Shown: positions 1 through 9,778, counted from the first letter of the stretch. The stretch: DNA of 64,000 bases from Patescibacteria group bacterium (GCA_034718535.1 JAYEMX010000064.1:4328-68327); one strand, 5' to 3'. Numbers and translations: made by a program. Notes: a model not told the origin generated them from the letters alone.

Positions 1-17
1 AAAGTGAATCTTTACAA

Positions 18-350
18 TTGCCAATTTACTATTTACTGGTTACCAATACTCAGAAAAGACCGGTAAAAAAAGCCAGTTATTGGTATGTTAACTTAGATAA
101 AAAACCGGTTGAGCAAAAATTGCCAAATATAAAAAAGGCTAAAGAAAAAATTTTAAAAATTGCCAAAGAGATTAAATTGGCCAGACAATTAGAGAGATTT
201 AAGTGTCCGACCAACGGATGTAGGGCGTGTAAGCAAATGAAGAGGATTATTAACGGAGAGGGTAAATTGGTAGGAGTGGATAACATTCGAAGAGATGTTT
301 ATATATTGCCGAGAGCTAGTAATACTATACCGGATGGAAAAATACTGTAA
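18..350 (+). CDS. Hypothetical protein, C-terminal fragment; the reading frame is open to the window start, so the gene probably begins upstream. Contains a Cys cluster (CPTNGCRACK).
   Basis: ORF with no stop between position 1 and 350 in this frame; no family recognised. Confidence 0.3.
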   Translation: MPIYYLLVTNTQKRPVKKASYWYVNLDKKPVEQKLPNIKKAKEKILKIAKEIKLARQLERFKCPTNGCRACKQMKRIINGEGKLVGVDNIRRDVYILPRASNTIPDGKIL

Positions 351-388
351 ATAGAGGGGTCTGTAAAAATAAACCTTTTAGGTTAAAT

Positions 389-446
389 TTAGCACTCCTG
401 GAGTGTGAATTTCTTTCACTCCGGGAGTGGAGTCTTTCTTTTGTAG
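389..446 (+). terminator. Two short hairpins (cactc-ctg-gagtg and cactc-cgg-gagtg) followed by a T-rich tract; likely terminator between the convergent + ORF and rpsI
   Basis: Inverted repeats read directly; tctttctttt follows the second hairpin. Confidence 0.3.
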
Positions 447-469
447 CCTACAGGGTCAGTCCTTGAAGG
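447..469. repeat. REP-2-like palindrome, hybrid variant (cctacagggtcagtccttgaagg), 7 nt 3' of the rpsI stop
   Basis: Outer arms match REP-2 (cctaca...tccttgaagg); centre cagggtcag matches the REP-1 core. Confidence 0.5.
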
Positions 470-475
470 TTGAAT

Positions 476-874
476 TTATCTCTTTGGGGATTGGCGCTGG
501 CGACGAGCTTTACCACCCATGCCTGCTTTGCGTCGTTCTCTTTTTCTCGGATCTCTGGTAACCAGACCTTTTTTTCTAAGTAAAGTTTTGAATTTTTTTT
601 GGTTAACTTTAATTAAAGCTCTGGCAATACCATGAATAGAGGCATCTAGTTGACTTGATTTTCCCGAACCTAAAACTTTTACGGTTACATAATATTTTTT
701 TAAAACATCACAAATTTTAAAAGGCTCTAAAAATAAGCCTTGATTGACACTTCCGGGAAAATATTTATTAATCGGGAGACCATTAACTTGATGGTCTCCT
801 TTACCAGTAAATAATCTAATTCGAGCAATAGCTCTTTTTCTTCTACCGACTGCGTAAACATATTTTTTTGCCAT
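476..874 (-). CDS. rpsI: 30S ribosomal protein S9
   Basis: Conserved S9 sequence ending RRQRQSPKR; follows rplM. Confidence 0.92.
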   Translation of the reverse strand: MAKKYVYAVGRRKRAIARIRLFTGKGDHQVNGLPINKYFPGSVNQGLFLEPFKICDVLKKYYVTVKVLGSGKSSQLDASIHGIARALIKVNQKKFKTLLRKKGLVTRDPRKRERRKAGMGGKARRQRQSPKR

Positions 875-875
875 A

Positions 876-1301
876 CTATTTATCCTTTTTCTTTAATTTA
901 TCTTGATAAATATGCTTATCTGTTTTAAATATTCTTAATCTTTTTAAACGTAAGGCTCTTAGTTTGTTTTTTGGCAACATATTTGAAACAGCCCTGGTGA
1001 TAATTTTTCTGGAATCTTTTTTTAATTGACGTTTAAAAGGAATTTTTCTTAAACCACTGGGGTAGTTGGTATGGTGATAATAAATTTTATTTTTTTGTTT
1101 TTTACCGGTTACTTTAACATAATTGCTGTTAATAATTACAACATAATCACCACAATCCAAGTGCGGAGTAAAATAAGGTTTGGTTTTGCCAATTAACTTT
1201 TGGGCGATTTGAGTTGAAATTCTGCCTAAAACTTGATCTTTAACGTCAATAAGGTGCCAAGCTCTTTTAATGTCTGATTGTTTAGTGGTGGTGGTGTTCA
1301 T
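876..1301 (-). CDS. rplM: 50S ribosomal protein L13
   Basis: L13 family similarity (KRAWHLIDVKDQVLGR). Confidence 0.9.
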   Translation of the reverse strand: MNTTTTKQSDIKRAWHLIDVKDQVLGRISTQIAQKLIGKTKPYFTPHLDCGDYVVIINSNYVKVTGKKQKNKIYYHHTNYPSGLRKIPFKRQLKKDSRKIITRAVSNMLPKNKLRALRLKRLRIFKTDKHIYQDKLKKKDK

Positions 1302-1303
1302 AA

Positions 1304-1669
1304 TTATTTTTTACCTTTATCAACGAATTCGATTTTGGCCATCATAGTGTTGTCCCCTTTTCTTTGACCAAGCCTGATTACTCTAGTAAAGCCAGAGGTT
1401 CTTTTTTTGGTTTTTGGAGCAATAACATCAAAGAGATGATTGGCGGCTTTTTGGTTAGATAAAAAAGCTATAACTTGGCGACGACAAGAAAGAGAACCCA
1501 GTTTGGCTTTAGTCATTAATTTGTCGATTAATGGTTTTATCGCCTTAGCTTTGGCTTCTGTGGTTTTAATTTGTTCTTTAAAGATTAAATTGGTTAATAA
1601 GCTTTTAAACAGAGCTTTTCTCTGTTTGATATTTCTACCAAGTTTTTTACCTTTAATTCTATGTTTCAC
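1304..1669 (-). CDS. rplQ: 50S ribosomal protein L17
   Basis: L17 family similarity; follows rpoA. Confidence 0.9.
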   Translation of the reverse strand: MKHRIKGKKLGRNIKQRKALFKSLLTNLIFKEQIKTTEAKAKAIKPLIDKLMTKAKLGSLSCRRQVIAFLSNQKAANHLFDVIAPKTKKRTSGFTRVIRLGQRKGDNTMMAKIEFVDKGKK

Positions 1670-1671
1670 AA

Positions 1672-2589
1672 TTACTCCTTAATAATAACGTCTTTTTCTT
1701 TAAGTTTATTAAGAATTATATCAATTGACTTACTTCCCAGGTTTTTAACCTTGGAAATGTCTGATTGAGTGGCCTTGGATAATTCTTTAACAGTTGAATA
1801 ACCGCCTTTTCGTAGAGCATTAGCAATACGGGTGGGTAAATCTAGTTCTTCAACTGATAATTCTAAAAACTCATTTTCATCTTCCTCTTCAACATCTTCT
1901 TCTAAGCTAACCTCAAAAGTCGGATCAACAATTTGGGTAAATGAAGAAATTAAAATAGAAGCGGCTTGCTCTAAAGCTTTTAATGGCTTAATGGTTCCGT
2001 CTGTATAAATTTCCATAATTAATTTATCCAGATCAATTTTCCTACCGACACGGGTAATTTTTACTTGATAATTAACCCTGATAACCGGGGAAAATGAAGC
2101 GTCTAAAATCATTTGACCAAGTTTATCGGTCTGACGATTTTTAGCCGGTAAATAGCCATGGCCGGCTTCAATTAAAAGTTTGGCGTTTAGTTTTGAGTTT
2201 TTATCTGAAAGGTTGGCTAAGACAAAATTTTTATTGGCAATTTTAACATTAGCCGGAGTTTTAATGTCCCCAGCCTTAACTTCTCCGGGCCCAACAGCAT
2301 TTAAGCTTAATTCTATTGGTTTTTCGCCTTTATAACTTAATCTAACTTGTTTTAGATTTAAAAGTAGCTCAACAATGTCTTCTTTAACTCCCGATAAAGT
2401 AGTAAATTGATGATTAACTCCCTCGATTGAAACTTTGGTAATGGCGGCCCCAGATAGACTGGTTAGTAAAACTCGGCGTAAAGCATTACCAATGGTTTGA
2501 CCATAACCTTTTTCTAACGGAGTTAATTCAAATTTACCAAAATCGTCAGTTTCGGCAATGGCAGTGGTTTTAAAGTTTGGTTTGATCAT
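1672..2589 (-). CDS. rpoA: DNA-directed RNA polymerase subunit alpha; start chosen at the internal Met MIKPNF to avoid overlap with rpsD
   Basis: Alpha NTD and CTD motifs (ELTPLEKGYGQTIGNALRR; ELSVEELDLPTRIANAL). Confidence 0.9.
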   Translation of the reverse strand: MIKPNFKTTAIAETDDFGKFELTPLEKGYGQTIGNALRRVLLTSLSGAAITKVSIEGVNHQFTTLSGVKEDIVELLLNLKQVRLSYKGEKPIELSLNAVGPGEVKAGDIKTPANVKIANKNFVLANLSDKNSKLNAKLLIEAGHGYLPAKNRQTDKLGQMILDASFSPVIRVNYQVKITRVGRKIDLDKLIMEIYTDGTIKPLKALEQAASILISSFTQIVDPTFEVSLEEDVEEEDENEFLELSVEELDLPTRIANALRKGGYSTVKELSKATQSDISKVKNLGSKSIDIILNKLKEKDVIIKE

Positions 2590-2602
2590 AAACCTCCTAT
2601 AT

Positions 2603-3229
2603 TTATCTTGAGTAAAACTCAACAATTAATTGTTCTTGAATATTAATATCGATCTCATCACGTTCAGGCAACCTCTCAAGCTTAGCGGCGATAGCTTTTC
2701 TGGTTAACCATTTTGGAATAATTAAATCTTTTTTGGCTTTGGCAAGAAGGATGGCTACATCCGGAATTTTTTGGCCTTTTTTATTTAAACTAATAACCTG
2801 GCCGGGTTTAACCAAATATGAAGGAATGCTAGCTTTTTTACCATCAATTTGAATGTGACCATGAGAAACAAGTTGCCGAGCAGCCGGTCTAGTAGAAGCA
2901 AAACTGGCTCTATAAACCAAATTATCCAACCGTGATTCTAAAATCTGTAATAGTTTTTCTCCAGTGGCGGCTTGAGTTTTTCTGGCCATTTGAAAATATT
3001 TTCTAAATTGTCTTTCTAAAACACCATAGGTGATTTTTAATTTTTGTTTTTCTTTTAACTGAGTGCCATAATCTGAAAGTCTTCTTCTTTTTCTTCTTCT
3101 TGGTTTTTTACCGCGAGAGCCCGACGGATGGGTTTTTTTGGCAAGAAGTTTATCAAATTTTGGATTATTAAATATATTTTCCTCAAATTTTCTAACTAAC
3201 TTACCTCTTTTGGTTGATATTTTTGCCAT
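2603..3229 (-). CDS. rpsD: 30S ribosomal protein S4
   Basis: S4 family similarity (MAKISTKRGKL..., S4 RNA-binding domain). Confidence 0.92.
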   Translation of the reverse strand: MAKISTKRGKLVRKFEENIFNNPKFDKLLAKKTHPSGSRGKKPRRRKRRRLSDYGTQLKEKQKLKITYGVLERQFRKYFQMARKTQAATGEKLLQILESRLDNLVYRASFASTRPAARQLVSHGHIQIDGKKASIPSYLVKPGQVISLNKKGQKIPDVAILLAKAKKDLIIPKWLTRKAIAAKLERLPERDEIDINIQEQLIVEFYSR

Positions 3230-3234
3230 ATTAT

Positions 3235-3615
3235 TTAACCTCTACGTCTTTTTTTAGGACGGCAACCATTGTGTGGAATGGGAGTGATGTCCGATATTTG
3301 GGTAACTTTTAATCTACTTGATCTAATAACCCCGAGAACAGCATCACGGCCAGAACCCGGTCCTTTAATAAAAACCTGAACCGTGGATAGTCCATAATCT
3401 TTAGCTTTATTGATAGCTGCTTCAATAGCGGTAGTAGCGGCAAACGGAGTTGACTTTCTTGAACCTTTAAAACCCGAAGCTCCGGTTGAACTCCAACAAA
3501 TAACATTACCTTTTAAATCTGTAATTGAAATTAAAGTGTTATTAAAAGTAGCGGTAATGAAAATTTTACCTGAAGTAATTTTGGTAGTTGAAGTAATAGG
3601 TTTAGTTTTTTTCAT
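3235..3615 (-). CDS. rpsK: 30S ribosomal protein S11
   Basis: S11 C-terminal signature ...[14 protein letters not shown]. Confidence 0.92.
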   Translation of the reverse strand: MKKTKPITSTTKITSGKIFITATFNNTLISITDLKGNVICWSSTGASGFKGSRKSTPFAATTAIEAAINKAKDYGLSTVQVFIKGPGSGRDAVLGVIRSSRLKVTQISDITPIPHNGCRPKKRRRG

Positions 3616-3623
3616 ATGGAACT

Positions 3624-4031
3624 TTATGATTTATTTTTAGAGTCTTTATTTAATTTAGCGGCGTCATCTTTTTTCAAAGCTCCGACCGTCATTCTTCTAC
3701 CGCGTCTGGTTCTGGCATTATGTCTGGTTCTTTGACCTCGAGCGGGTAATTTAGCGGTATGACGCAAACCCCTATAAGTGCCAATTTGTTTTAATCTTTT
3801 AATATTTTCGGTGATGATTTTTCTAAGAGAACCTTCCGTGGGGACAATTTCTAAAGATTTTTGGATTCTAACCACTTCATCTGAAGTTAAATCTTTGGCT
3901 CTTTTATCAGGATCAACGTTAGCTAGTTTTAAAATACCTTTTATGTTATTTCTGCCAACACCATAGATATAAGTCAGAGCTATCCCTGTTTTTTTATTTT
4001 GAGGTAAATCAATACCGGAAATTCTTGGCAT
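3624..4031 (-). CDS. rpsM: 30S ribosomal protein S13
   Basis: [10 protein letters not shown]... S13 N-terminus. Confidence 0.92.
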   Translation of the reverse strand: MPRISGIDLPQNKKTGIALTYIYGVGRNNIKGILKLANVDPDKRAKDLTSDEVVRIQKSLEIVPTEGSLRKIITENIKRLKQIGTYRGLRHTAKLPARGQRTRHNARTRRGRRMTVGALKKDDAAKLNKDSKNKS

Positions 4032-4033
4032 AT

Positions 4034-4147
4034 TTATCCTTGACGCTGTTTATGGCGAGGGTTTTTACATATAACATAGACCGTTCCTTTACGACGGACT
4101 ATTTTGCAATTAATGCATCTTTTTTTAACTGAAGATTGTACTTTCAT
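4034..4147 (-). CDS. rpmJ: 50S ribosomal protein L36 (37 aa); not in the ORF track
   Basis: Reverse strand translates to [37 protein letters not shown], the canonical L36 zinc-ribbon. Confidence 0.9.
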   Translation of the reverse strand: MKVQSSVKKRCINCKIVRRKGTVYVICKNPRHKQRQG

Positions 4148-4155
4148 AAAAAAAT

Positions 4156-4187
4156 CTCAAAACCAAGTAGTTTTAGCAGGTTTTGAG
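4156..4187 (-). terminator. 9-bp stem hairpin (ctcaaaacc/ggttttgag) followed on the minus strand by AUUUUUUU, ending 1 nt before the rpmJ AUG
   Basis: Read from sequence; intrinsic-terminator-like structure after infA. Confidence 0.45.
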
Positions 4188-4198
4188 GTTGTTAATTA

Positions 4199-4420
4199 TT
4201 ATTTTAATCTGTAAACGATTCGACCTTTGTCTTGATCGTAAGGAGATTGTTCGACTTTGACTTTATCTCCCGGAAGAACGCGAATTCTATACATTCGCAT
4301 TTTACCGCCCAAGTGACAAAAAATTGTTTTGTCTGAGTTGTTAATTTTTACTTTAAAAGTAGCGTTGGGAAGATTCTCAAGGACTACACCCTCTACTTCT
4401 ATAATGTCTTTCTGGCTCAT
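4199..4420 (-). CDS. infA: Translation initiation factor IF-1
   Basis: S1-like IF-1 sequence ([33 protein letters not shown]). Confidence 0.92.
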   Translation of the reverse strand: MSQKDIIEVEGVVLENLPNATFKVKINNSDKTIFCHLGGKMRMYRIRVLPGDKVKVEQSPYDQDKGRIVYRLK

Positions 4421-4463
4421 TATTGTTTTTATTATATCAGATAATTAATAATTTTTCTAACCC

Positions 4464-5201
4464 TCATGTCAATATGACAGGGTCAGACCCTGTCACTGCA
4501 ATGGTGTGTTCAAACATGCCGGCCATTTGACCGTCTTTAGTAACTATAGTCCAATTATCTTTTGGGTCGGTTTTGGTGTCGCTTGAACCTTTCATGTAGA
4601 TAACCTCAATGGCAATAGTCAGGCCCTTTTTTATAATAGGGGTGTTTTCGATTTTTCCCTCAAGAAAACAGGGAATCATGGGTGGTTCGTGAAGAGTCTT
4701 TCCAATACCGTGGCCGGTTAAATTTCTGGATACATTGTAGCCGTTAGATTCAATAGTGCCTTGAATCGCTTTTGAAATATGTCCAATATGATTATTTACT
4801 TTGGCTTGTTTAATAGCCAAATCCAGGGTTTTTTGGCCGATTTCCAGAAATTTTAATTTTTGAGGATAATCAGTCGGATTACCAACAATAAAACTAATAC
4901 ATGAATCTGTATTAAAACCCTTGTAAAGCATACCAATATCAATAGAAACAATATCGCCCAGTTTTAATTTTTTATCATCGGGAATACCGTGAACCAAGCC
5001 TTCATTTAAATTAATACAGGTGGCCCAAGAATAGCCGGGTACCATGGCGAAATTAGGTTTACCACCGGCTTTTTTAATTAAAGTTTGAGCCTTAGCTTCA
5101 ATTTGACTTAATTTAATTCCGGGTTTGGATATTTTTTTTAAGTCTTGTTTTATTTGGTGTAATTTAGCACCACCTTCGGCCATTAAATTGATTTTATTCA
5201 T
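4464..5201 (-). CDS. map: Methionine aminopeptidase type I
   Basis: MAP metal-binding motifs; the last 8 codons (VTGSDPVILT) are encoded by a REP-1 palindrome. Confidence 0.9.
   Translation of the reverse strand: MNKINLMAEGGAKLHQIKQDLKKISKPGIKLSQIEAKAQTLIKKAGGKPNFAMVPGYSWATCINLNEGLVHGIPDDKKLKLGDIVSIDIGMLYKGFNTDSCISFIVGNPTDYPQKLKFLEIGQKTLDLAIKQAKVNNHIGHISKAIQGTIESNGYNVSRNLTGHGIGKTLHEPPMIPCFLEGKIENTPIIKKGLTIAIEVIYMKGSSDTKTDPKDNWTIVTKDGQMAGMFEHTIAVTGSDPVILT
4475..4495. repeat. REP-1 palindrome tgacagggtcagaccctgtca, embedded in the map 3' coding end
   Basis: Perfect 10+1+10 palindrome identical to the copies flanking RAYT-1. Confidence 0.7.
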
Positions 5202-5764
5202 TGTGTTTGTTTTTTGATAAGATTGAGGGTGTGGTTAAGTTTTTTAAATAGTTTTTTGGTTTGTTTGTTATTTTTAATTAAAAAGTCAGCCATGGCAATT
5301 GGTCCGCCTTTGTGAAGGTTAACTAGTTCGGCGGTGTCACGTTGACTAGCTTGGGTTTTATTTAAAGAACGAACTGATCTTTTGGCTAAGCGCTGATAAC
5401 GAATTGATGGACGAGCATAAATACAAATAAGAGATAAGTGGTTAAATTTGCTTTTTAAATAAGTGTATTCTTCCCAAGAGTAAAGACCGTCTAAAAAAAC
5501 TATATTTGATTTTTTTAAAACTTTATCAATGCGAGGCTTAATTTTTATAGCCATGGCGGCCATACCAAGTTTTTTTCGAATATCTTCCCGATATTTTTTT
5601 TCATTAATTTCAGTTAAGGGAAGTCCCAGTTCTTTTAGGCCAATATCTGTTTGGTCGCCAAAACGTAAAACCGGATAGCCTTGTTTTTTAAAATGATCAC
5701 AACTGGTAGATTTACCGCTACCAGCCATGCCGACTATGGCAATGATAGTTTTTTTATCAGTCAT
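5198..5764 (-). CDS. P-loop NTPase, putative nucleotide or nucleoside kinase (extra kinase between adk and map)
   Basis: Walker A AIVGMAGSGKST; size and context resemble a small kinase; exact family not resolved. Confidence 0.4.
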   Translation of the reverse strand: MTDKKTIIAIVGMAGSGKSTSCDHFKKQGYPVLRFGDQTDIGLKELGLPLTEINEKKYREDIRKKLGMAAMAIKIKPRIDKVLKKSNIVFLDGLYSWEEYTYLKSKFNHLSLICIYARPSIRYQRLAKRSVRSLNKTQASQRDTAELVNLHKGGPIAMADFLIKNNKQTKKLFKKLNHTLNLIKKQTQ

Positions 5765-6332
5765 GATTAACTGTTTTTAATACATCTTGGTGAATGGCAG
5801 GTATAGATTGTTCACCGTTGATGGTTTTTAATAAATTGTTCTCTTTATAAAATTTTAGAACGTCAGCTTCTTGCTCGTGATAGATTTTTAAGCGAGAGGT
5901 AATTTTTTCTTTTGAGTCATGAAGAGAGCCATCCGGACTTTTTCGACCTCTTTTAAGTAAGCGTTTAATTGATTCCTCTTGTGAAATATCAAGATAAAAA
6001 ACAAAATTTACGGTTTTATTATATTTATTTAGTTTGTCAGCTAAAAATAAAGCTTGGGTGTGGTTTCTGGGAAAACCATCAATAATAAAACCAGACTGAA
6101 CATCCGGTTGTTTAAGTCTATGTTTCCATAAAACAAATATTTCCGAATCGGCCAAATAGTGGCCTGTTTTAAAAACTTCTCGACAAGAGTCACCCATTAT
6201 GCCTTGATCTTCGGCGGCATATTTTCTGACCAGGTCGCCTGAGCCCAAATAAGGAATATTAAGTTTTTTAGACAACATTTTGGCTTGAGTTGATTTGCCC
6301 GAGCCTTCCGGGCCGTAAAATATTATAAACAT
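5757..6332 (-). CDS. adk: Adenylate kinase
   Basis: FIIFYGPEGSGKSTQ P-loop, GFIIDGFPRN NMP-binding motif; position after secY. Confidence 0.88.
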   Translation of the reverse strand: MFIIFYGPEGSGKSTQAKMLSKKLNIPYLGSGDLVRKYAAEDQGIMGDSCREVFKTGHYLADSEIFVLWKHRLKQPDVQSGFIIDGFPRNHTQALFLADKLNKYNKTVNFVFYLDISQEESIKRLLKRGRKSPDGSLHDSKEKITSRLKIYHEQEADVLKFYKENNLLKTINGEQSIPAIHQDVLKTVNHD

Positions 6333-6338
6333 AGATAA

Positions 6339-6402
6339 TTAAGGTTCGGAATAAAAGGTTACGAACTCGAACTTTTTAAAGTTCGTAACCCTACAGAACC
6401 TT
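6339..6402. repeat. PAL element, composite: outer arms aaggttc/gaacctt enclose a perfect inner palindrome ggttacgaact...agttcgtaacc
   Basis: Fills the secY-adk spacer; ends 6 nt before the adk ATG. Confidence 0.6.
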
Positions 6403-6405
6403 TAT

Positions 6406-7680
6406 TTAGAGGAAACTGTCATAGTTTCGCATAATTAATTGAGATTCAAAGTTTTTACTAGTTTCAAGAATAACAGAAACAACGATTAAAATACCAGTAC
6501 CGCCAATAGTCATGGTGGTAATATTGGTTATATATCTGGCAATAGAAGGCAAAATAGCTATAAATCCTAAAAATAAAGCCCCGGCTAAAGTAATTCTGCT
6601 TAAAACATAAGAGAGATAGTCGGCAGTAGACTTGCCCGGTCTGATCCCGGGAATAAAGCCACCGTTTTTTTTGATGTCTTCGGAAATTTTATCCGGATTA
6701 AAAGTAACAGCAGTATAAAAATAAGTAAAAGCAATTACCAAGGTTAAATAAATAAGGTGGTAAGGAACTTTATTCGGATCAAAAAGGTTAACCAAACCAG
6801 TGGCAAAAGCAACTATTTTAGGGTTATTAACTTCGGTTAAAAATCTACCTAAAACAGATGGCATTAAAACCAAAGAAACGGCAAAAATAATCGGAATAAC
6901 TCCGGCTTGATTAACTCTTAAAGGTAGATGAGTTGATTGACCCGGTTGAGTACGACCACTAACTCTTCTGGCATAACGAACTTTAATTTGACGAGTAGCT
7001 TCATTAACATAAATAACTCCAGAGATAACCGCTAAGCTTAAAACAGTAAAAGTAATAATACTGGTAAAATTTAAGGTTTGACTAATTGAAGAGGTTTGAA
7101 GTAAAGAAACTGGAAGACGACCAACAATACCGGCAAAAATCAATAAGGAAATTCCATTACCAATGCCATATTCTGTAAGGAGTTCACCCAGCCACATTAA
7201 TAAAACCGTACCGGCCACCATAGTAATAACCGTACTAATGGCAAATATGGGGCTTGATAAAGATATTATTTGTTGGTTTTTTAGTAAGGCAACCATACCA
7301 ATACTTTGAATAGCGGCTAAAGGAATAGATAATATTCTAGTCCATTGATTAATTTTTTCTCGACCATACTCACCTTCTTTGCTGATTTCTTCAAGCTTGG
7401 GAAAGATCATGGTAAGAAGGTTAAAAACAATTGAGGCATTAATGTAAGGGCCTAATCCCAAAGCCATAACTGAAAAATTAGCTAAGGTGCCACCGGAAAA
7501 AATATCTAAAAGACCTAAAAGTTCACTGGAGCCAAAAAGTTGTTTTAAAGCGCTAAGATTAACACCGGGAACCGGAATGTGGGCAATAAAACGAAAAATA
7601 ATAAAAATAAAAAGAGTGATTAATATTTTTTTTCTTAAATCTTTAATTTTAAATATATTTAAAATCGGTTGAATATTCAT
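6406..7680 (-). CDS. secY: Preprotein translocase subunit SecY
   Basis: 10-TM SecY family similarity; spc-operon position. Confidence 0.92.
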   Translation of the reverse strand: MNIQPILNIFKIKDLRKKILITLFIFIIFRFIAHIPVPGVNLSALKQLFGSSELLGLLDIFSGGTLANFSVMALGLGPYINASIVFNLLTMIFPKLEEISKEGEYGREKINQWTRILSIPLAAIQSIGMVALLKNQQIISLSSPIFAISTVITMVAGTVLLMWLGELLTEYGIGNGISLLIFAGIVGRLPVSLLQTSSISQTLNFTSIITFTVLSLAVISGVIYVNEATRQIKVRYARRVSGRTQPGQSTHLPLRVNQAGVIPIIFAVSLVLMPSVLGRFLTEVNNPKIVAFATGLVNLFDPNKVPYHLIYLTLVIAFTYFYTAVTFNPDKISEDIKKNGGFIPGIRPGKSTADYLSYVLSRITLAGALFLGFIAILPSIARYITNITTMTIGGTGILIVVSVILETSKNFESQLIMRNYDSFL

Positions 7681-7694
7681 TTAGATAATGAACC

Positions 7695-8369
7695 TTAGGT
7701 TATTTTTTGTGATGATTTTTTCTTTTTCTTTGATGCTCCCGAAGTGCCTTTTAAGGTGACACCTTCCGGCTTCGCCGTCCCGACTCGAGATTCTCTCGTG
7801 TCTCCTGTTAAGGTCTCACCTTTTCTTCGAGGGTGAACTTTTTTCTTTTTCTTTTTGGGAGCATGTTTTTCTTTTAAGGTCTCACCTTTTCTTCGAGGGT
7901 GAACTTTTTTCTTTTTGGGAGTGATAGATGTTATTTTGCCACCAGCTTTTTTAATTTTTTTAGCGGCTGATTTTGAAACAGGCAGAGCAACATTTAAAGC
8001 AACTTTAAGATCACCATCTCCCAAGATTTTTACTGGCAAACCTTTAACTTTGACCGGTAAAATTTTGTTTTTGATTAAAGTTTTAACAGAAACAGTTTGG
8101 TTTTTCTTAAAACCGGCTAAGTGTTTTAGGTTTATAATGATTGGCTTTACCTTAACCGATTTATTTTTAAGCTTTCCGCGTAACATGGGAATTCTTCTGA
8201 TTAAGCTTTTTCTCATTGGTGTGCCTTCAAAGTAAAGAGGGACTTTACCTCTGGCTTTTTGACCTTTGGCTCCACGACCGGAAGTATGACCACCTTTACC
8301 AGAACCATAACCACGACCGACTCTTTTTTTAGATTTGGTTTTTGTTTTTGTGAGGGTGTTTAATGACAT
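7695..8369 (-). CDS. rplO: 50S ribosomal protein L15 with a Lys-rich C-terminal extension of about 75 aa
   Basis: L15 core (GRGYGSGKGGHTSGRGAKGQKAR), then a tail containing duplicated KKKKVHPRRKGETL. Confidence 0.85.
   Translation of the reverse strand: MSLNTLTKTKTKSKKRVGRGYGSGKGGHTSGRGAKGQKARGKVPLYFEGTPMRKSLIRRIPMLRGKLKNKSVKVKPIIINLKHLAGFKKNQTVSVKTLIKNKILPVKVKGLPVKILGDGDLKVALNVALPVSKSAAKKIKKAGGKITSITPKKKKVHPRRKGETLKEKHAPKKKKKKVHPRRKGETLTGDTRESRVGTAKPEGVTLKGTSGASKKKKKSSQKIT
7819..7920. repeat. Direct tandem repeat of about 50 bp (2 copies) inside the rplO 3' extension
   Basis: aaggtctcaccttttcttcgagggtgaactttttt... appears twice in tandem. Confidence 0.7.
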
Positions 8370-8385
8370 ATTGTCTCCTTAATTA

Positions 8386-8874
8386 TCAGTTTTTTCTTGG
8401 CTGAAGTTGTTTTAATGCTTTAATGGTGCAGTAAACGTTTGAGGCTTTGTTTCTGGTTCCAAGGACTTTACTGGAAATATTTTTGACTCCGGCGGCTTCC
8501 ATAACCGATCGAACAGCTCCACCCGCAATAAGACCACTACCTTTTGGAGCCGGTTTGAGCATGACTTTAGCGGCACCAAATTTAACTAAAATATCGTGAG
8601 GAATGGTACCTTTTCTTATGGGTACTTTAATAAGATTTTTTTTAGCTCTTCTAATGCCTTTTTTGATTGAGGAGAGAACATCCGGAGCTTTACCCAAACC
8701 AACTCCAACTCTACCTTTTTTATCTCCAACAACCATTAGAACGGAAAAACCGATTTGATTACCACCTTTGGTTTTTTTGGAAACACGATTAACTTGAATA
8801 ACTTTTTCATCAAATTCTTTGTCTTTTCGATATCTGTTTTGATTTCTGGTATTTCTTGGCATTGGTTTGTTCAT
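8386..8874 (-). CDS. rpsE: 30S ribosomal protein S5
   Basis: S5 family similarity; directly abuts rplO with no L30 gene between. Confidence 0.92.
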   Translation of the reverse strand: MNKPMPRNTRNQNRYRKDKEFDEKVIQVNRVSKKTKGGNQIGFSVLMVVGDKKGRVGVGLGKAPDVLSSIKKGIRRAKKNLIKVPIRKGTIPHDILVKFGAAKVMLKPAPKGSGLIAGGAVRSVMEAAGVKNISSKVLGTRNKASNVYCTIKALKQLQPRKN

Positions 8875-8875
8875 A

Positions 8876-9226
8876 TTAAAATTTTAAACCGGCTTTTCTG
8901 GCGGCCTCCGCTAAAGCTTTAACACGACCATGATATTTATATGAGCCACGATCAAAAGCTACTTTATTAATTTTTTTGAGTTTGGCTTTTTTAGCAATAG
9001 TTTCACCAATATTTTTAGCTAACTCTACTTTAGTTTTTTTCTTTGGATCAAGATTTTTACTATTAGCATTAACTAAAGTTACTCCTTTGATATCGTCGAT
9101 AATTTGAGCAGAGGTGTATTTATTGGATCTAAAAACAGTTAACCTCGGTCTTTTTTGATTGGTAGTTAAACTAGCTCTGGTTCTGATTTTTCTTTTGGTT
9201 TTTAAATTTTTGTATCTATTAATCAT
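8876..9226 (-). CDS. rplR: 50S ribosomal protein L18
   Basis: L18 family similarity. Confidence 0.9.
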   Translation of the reverse strand: MINRYKNLKTKRKIRTRASLTTNQKRPRLTVFRSNKYTSAQIIDDIKGVTLVNANSKNLDPKKKTKVELAKNIGETIAKKAKLKKINKVAFDRGSYKYHGRVKALAEAARKAGLKF

Positions 9227-9228
9227 AT

Positions 9229-9777
9229 TTAAACTTCAGCGGCCTTAGCGGCTTTACCTGGTTTTAATTTAACAACCTCGTCTTGATATCTGATACCTTT
9301 GCCTTTATAGGGATCGGGTTTTTTAAATTCTCTGATTTTGGCTGCAACTTGACCAACCAACTGCTTATCCGGACCCGAAATTATAATGGTTTTATTGTCT
9401 TTAAGTTCTACTTTAATCGAATCCGGAGCTTGGTAAATAATCGGATGAGAAAAACCAAGGGATAATTTGATAGCCTGGTCTTTGGTTTCAACTCTAAAAC
9501 CAGTACCTTCGAGTTTAAGAGTTTTAGAATAACCTTTAATAACTCCTTCAACCATATTAAAAAGCAGGCTTCTGACTAAACCATGAAAGGCCTTAGTTTG
9601 ATTTGTTGGTTTTTTTACGGAAACTGAGGCAATATTGTCTTTAAGAGTTACTTTGATTCCCGTCGGAATATTTTGAGTTAAAGTAACACCTTTTGAAGAA
9701 ACCGTCAAAAGCTTGTCTTTAATATCTAAAGTAACTTCTTTTGGGATAATAACTGGTTGATTGCCGATTCTAGACAT
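9229..9777 (-). CDS. rplF: 50S ribosomal protein L6
   Basis: L6 family similarity (two alpha/beta repeats). Confidence 0.9.
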   Translation of the reverse strand: MSRIGNQPVIIPKEVTLDIKDKLLTVSSKGVTLTQNIPTGIKVTLKDNIASVSVKKPTNQTKAFHGLVRSLLFNMVEGVIKGYSKTLKLEGTGFRVETKDQAIKLSLGFSHPIIYQAPDSIKVELKDNKTIIISGPDKQLVGQVAAKIREFKKPDPYKGKGIRYQDEVVKLKPGKAAKAAEV

Positions 9778-9778
9778 A

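Noticed and set aside
77-286. Antisense or shadow ORFs overlapping well-supported genes (for example 77..286, 1440..1682, 3309..3506, 3410..3640, 7915..8235, 17427..17849, 20094..20402, 24203..24571, 26201..26515, 32284..32685, 44858..45163, 51134..51385, 61987..62304)
   Set aside because: They lie opposite or out of frame to conserved ribosomal, RNAP, chaperone or other genes, have low-complexity translations and no recognisable family. Typical of AT-rich shadow frames.
389-409. Exact CIRCE left arm TTAGCACTC followed by GAGTGtgAA
   Set aside because: Spacer is 3 nt instead of 9 and the right arm is imperfect. Location downstream of two convergent genes fits a terminator hairpin better than an HrcA operator.
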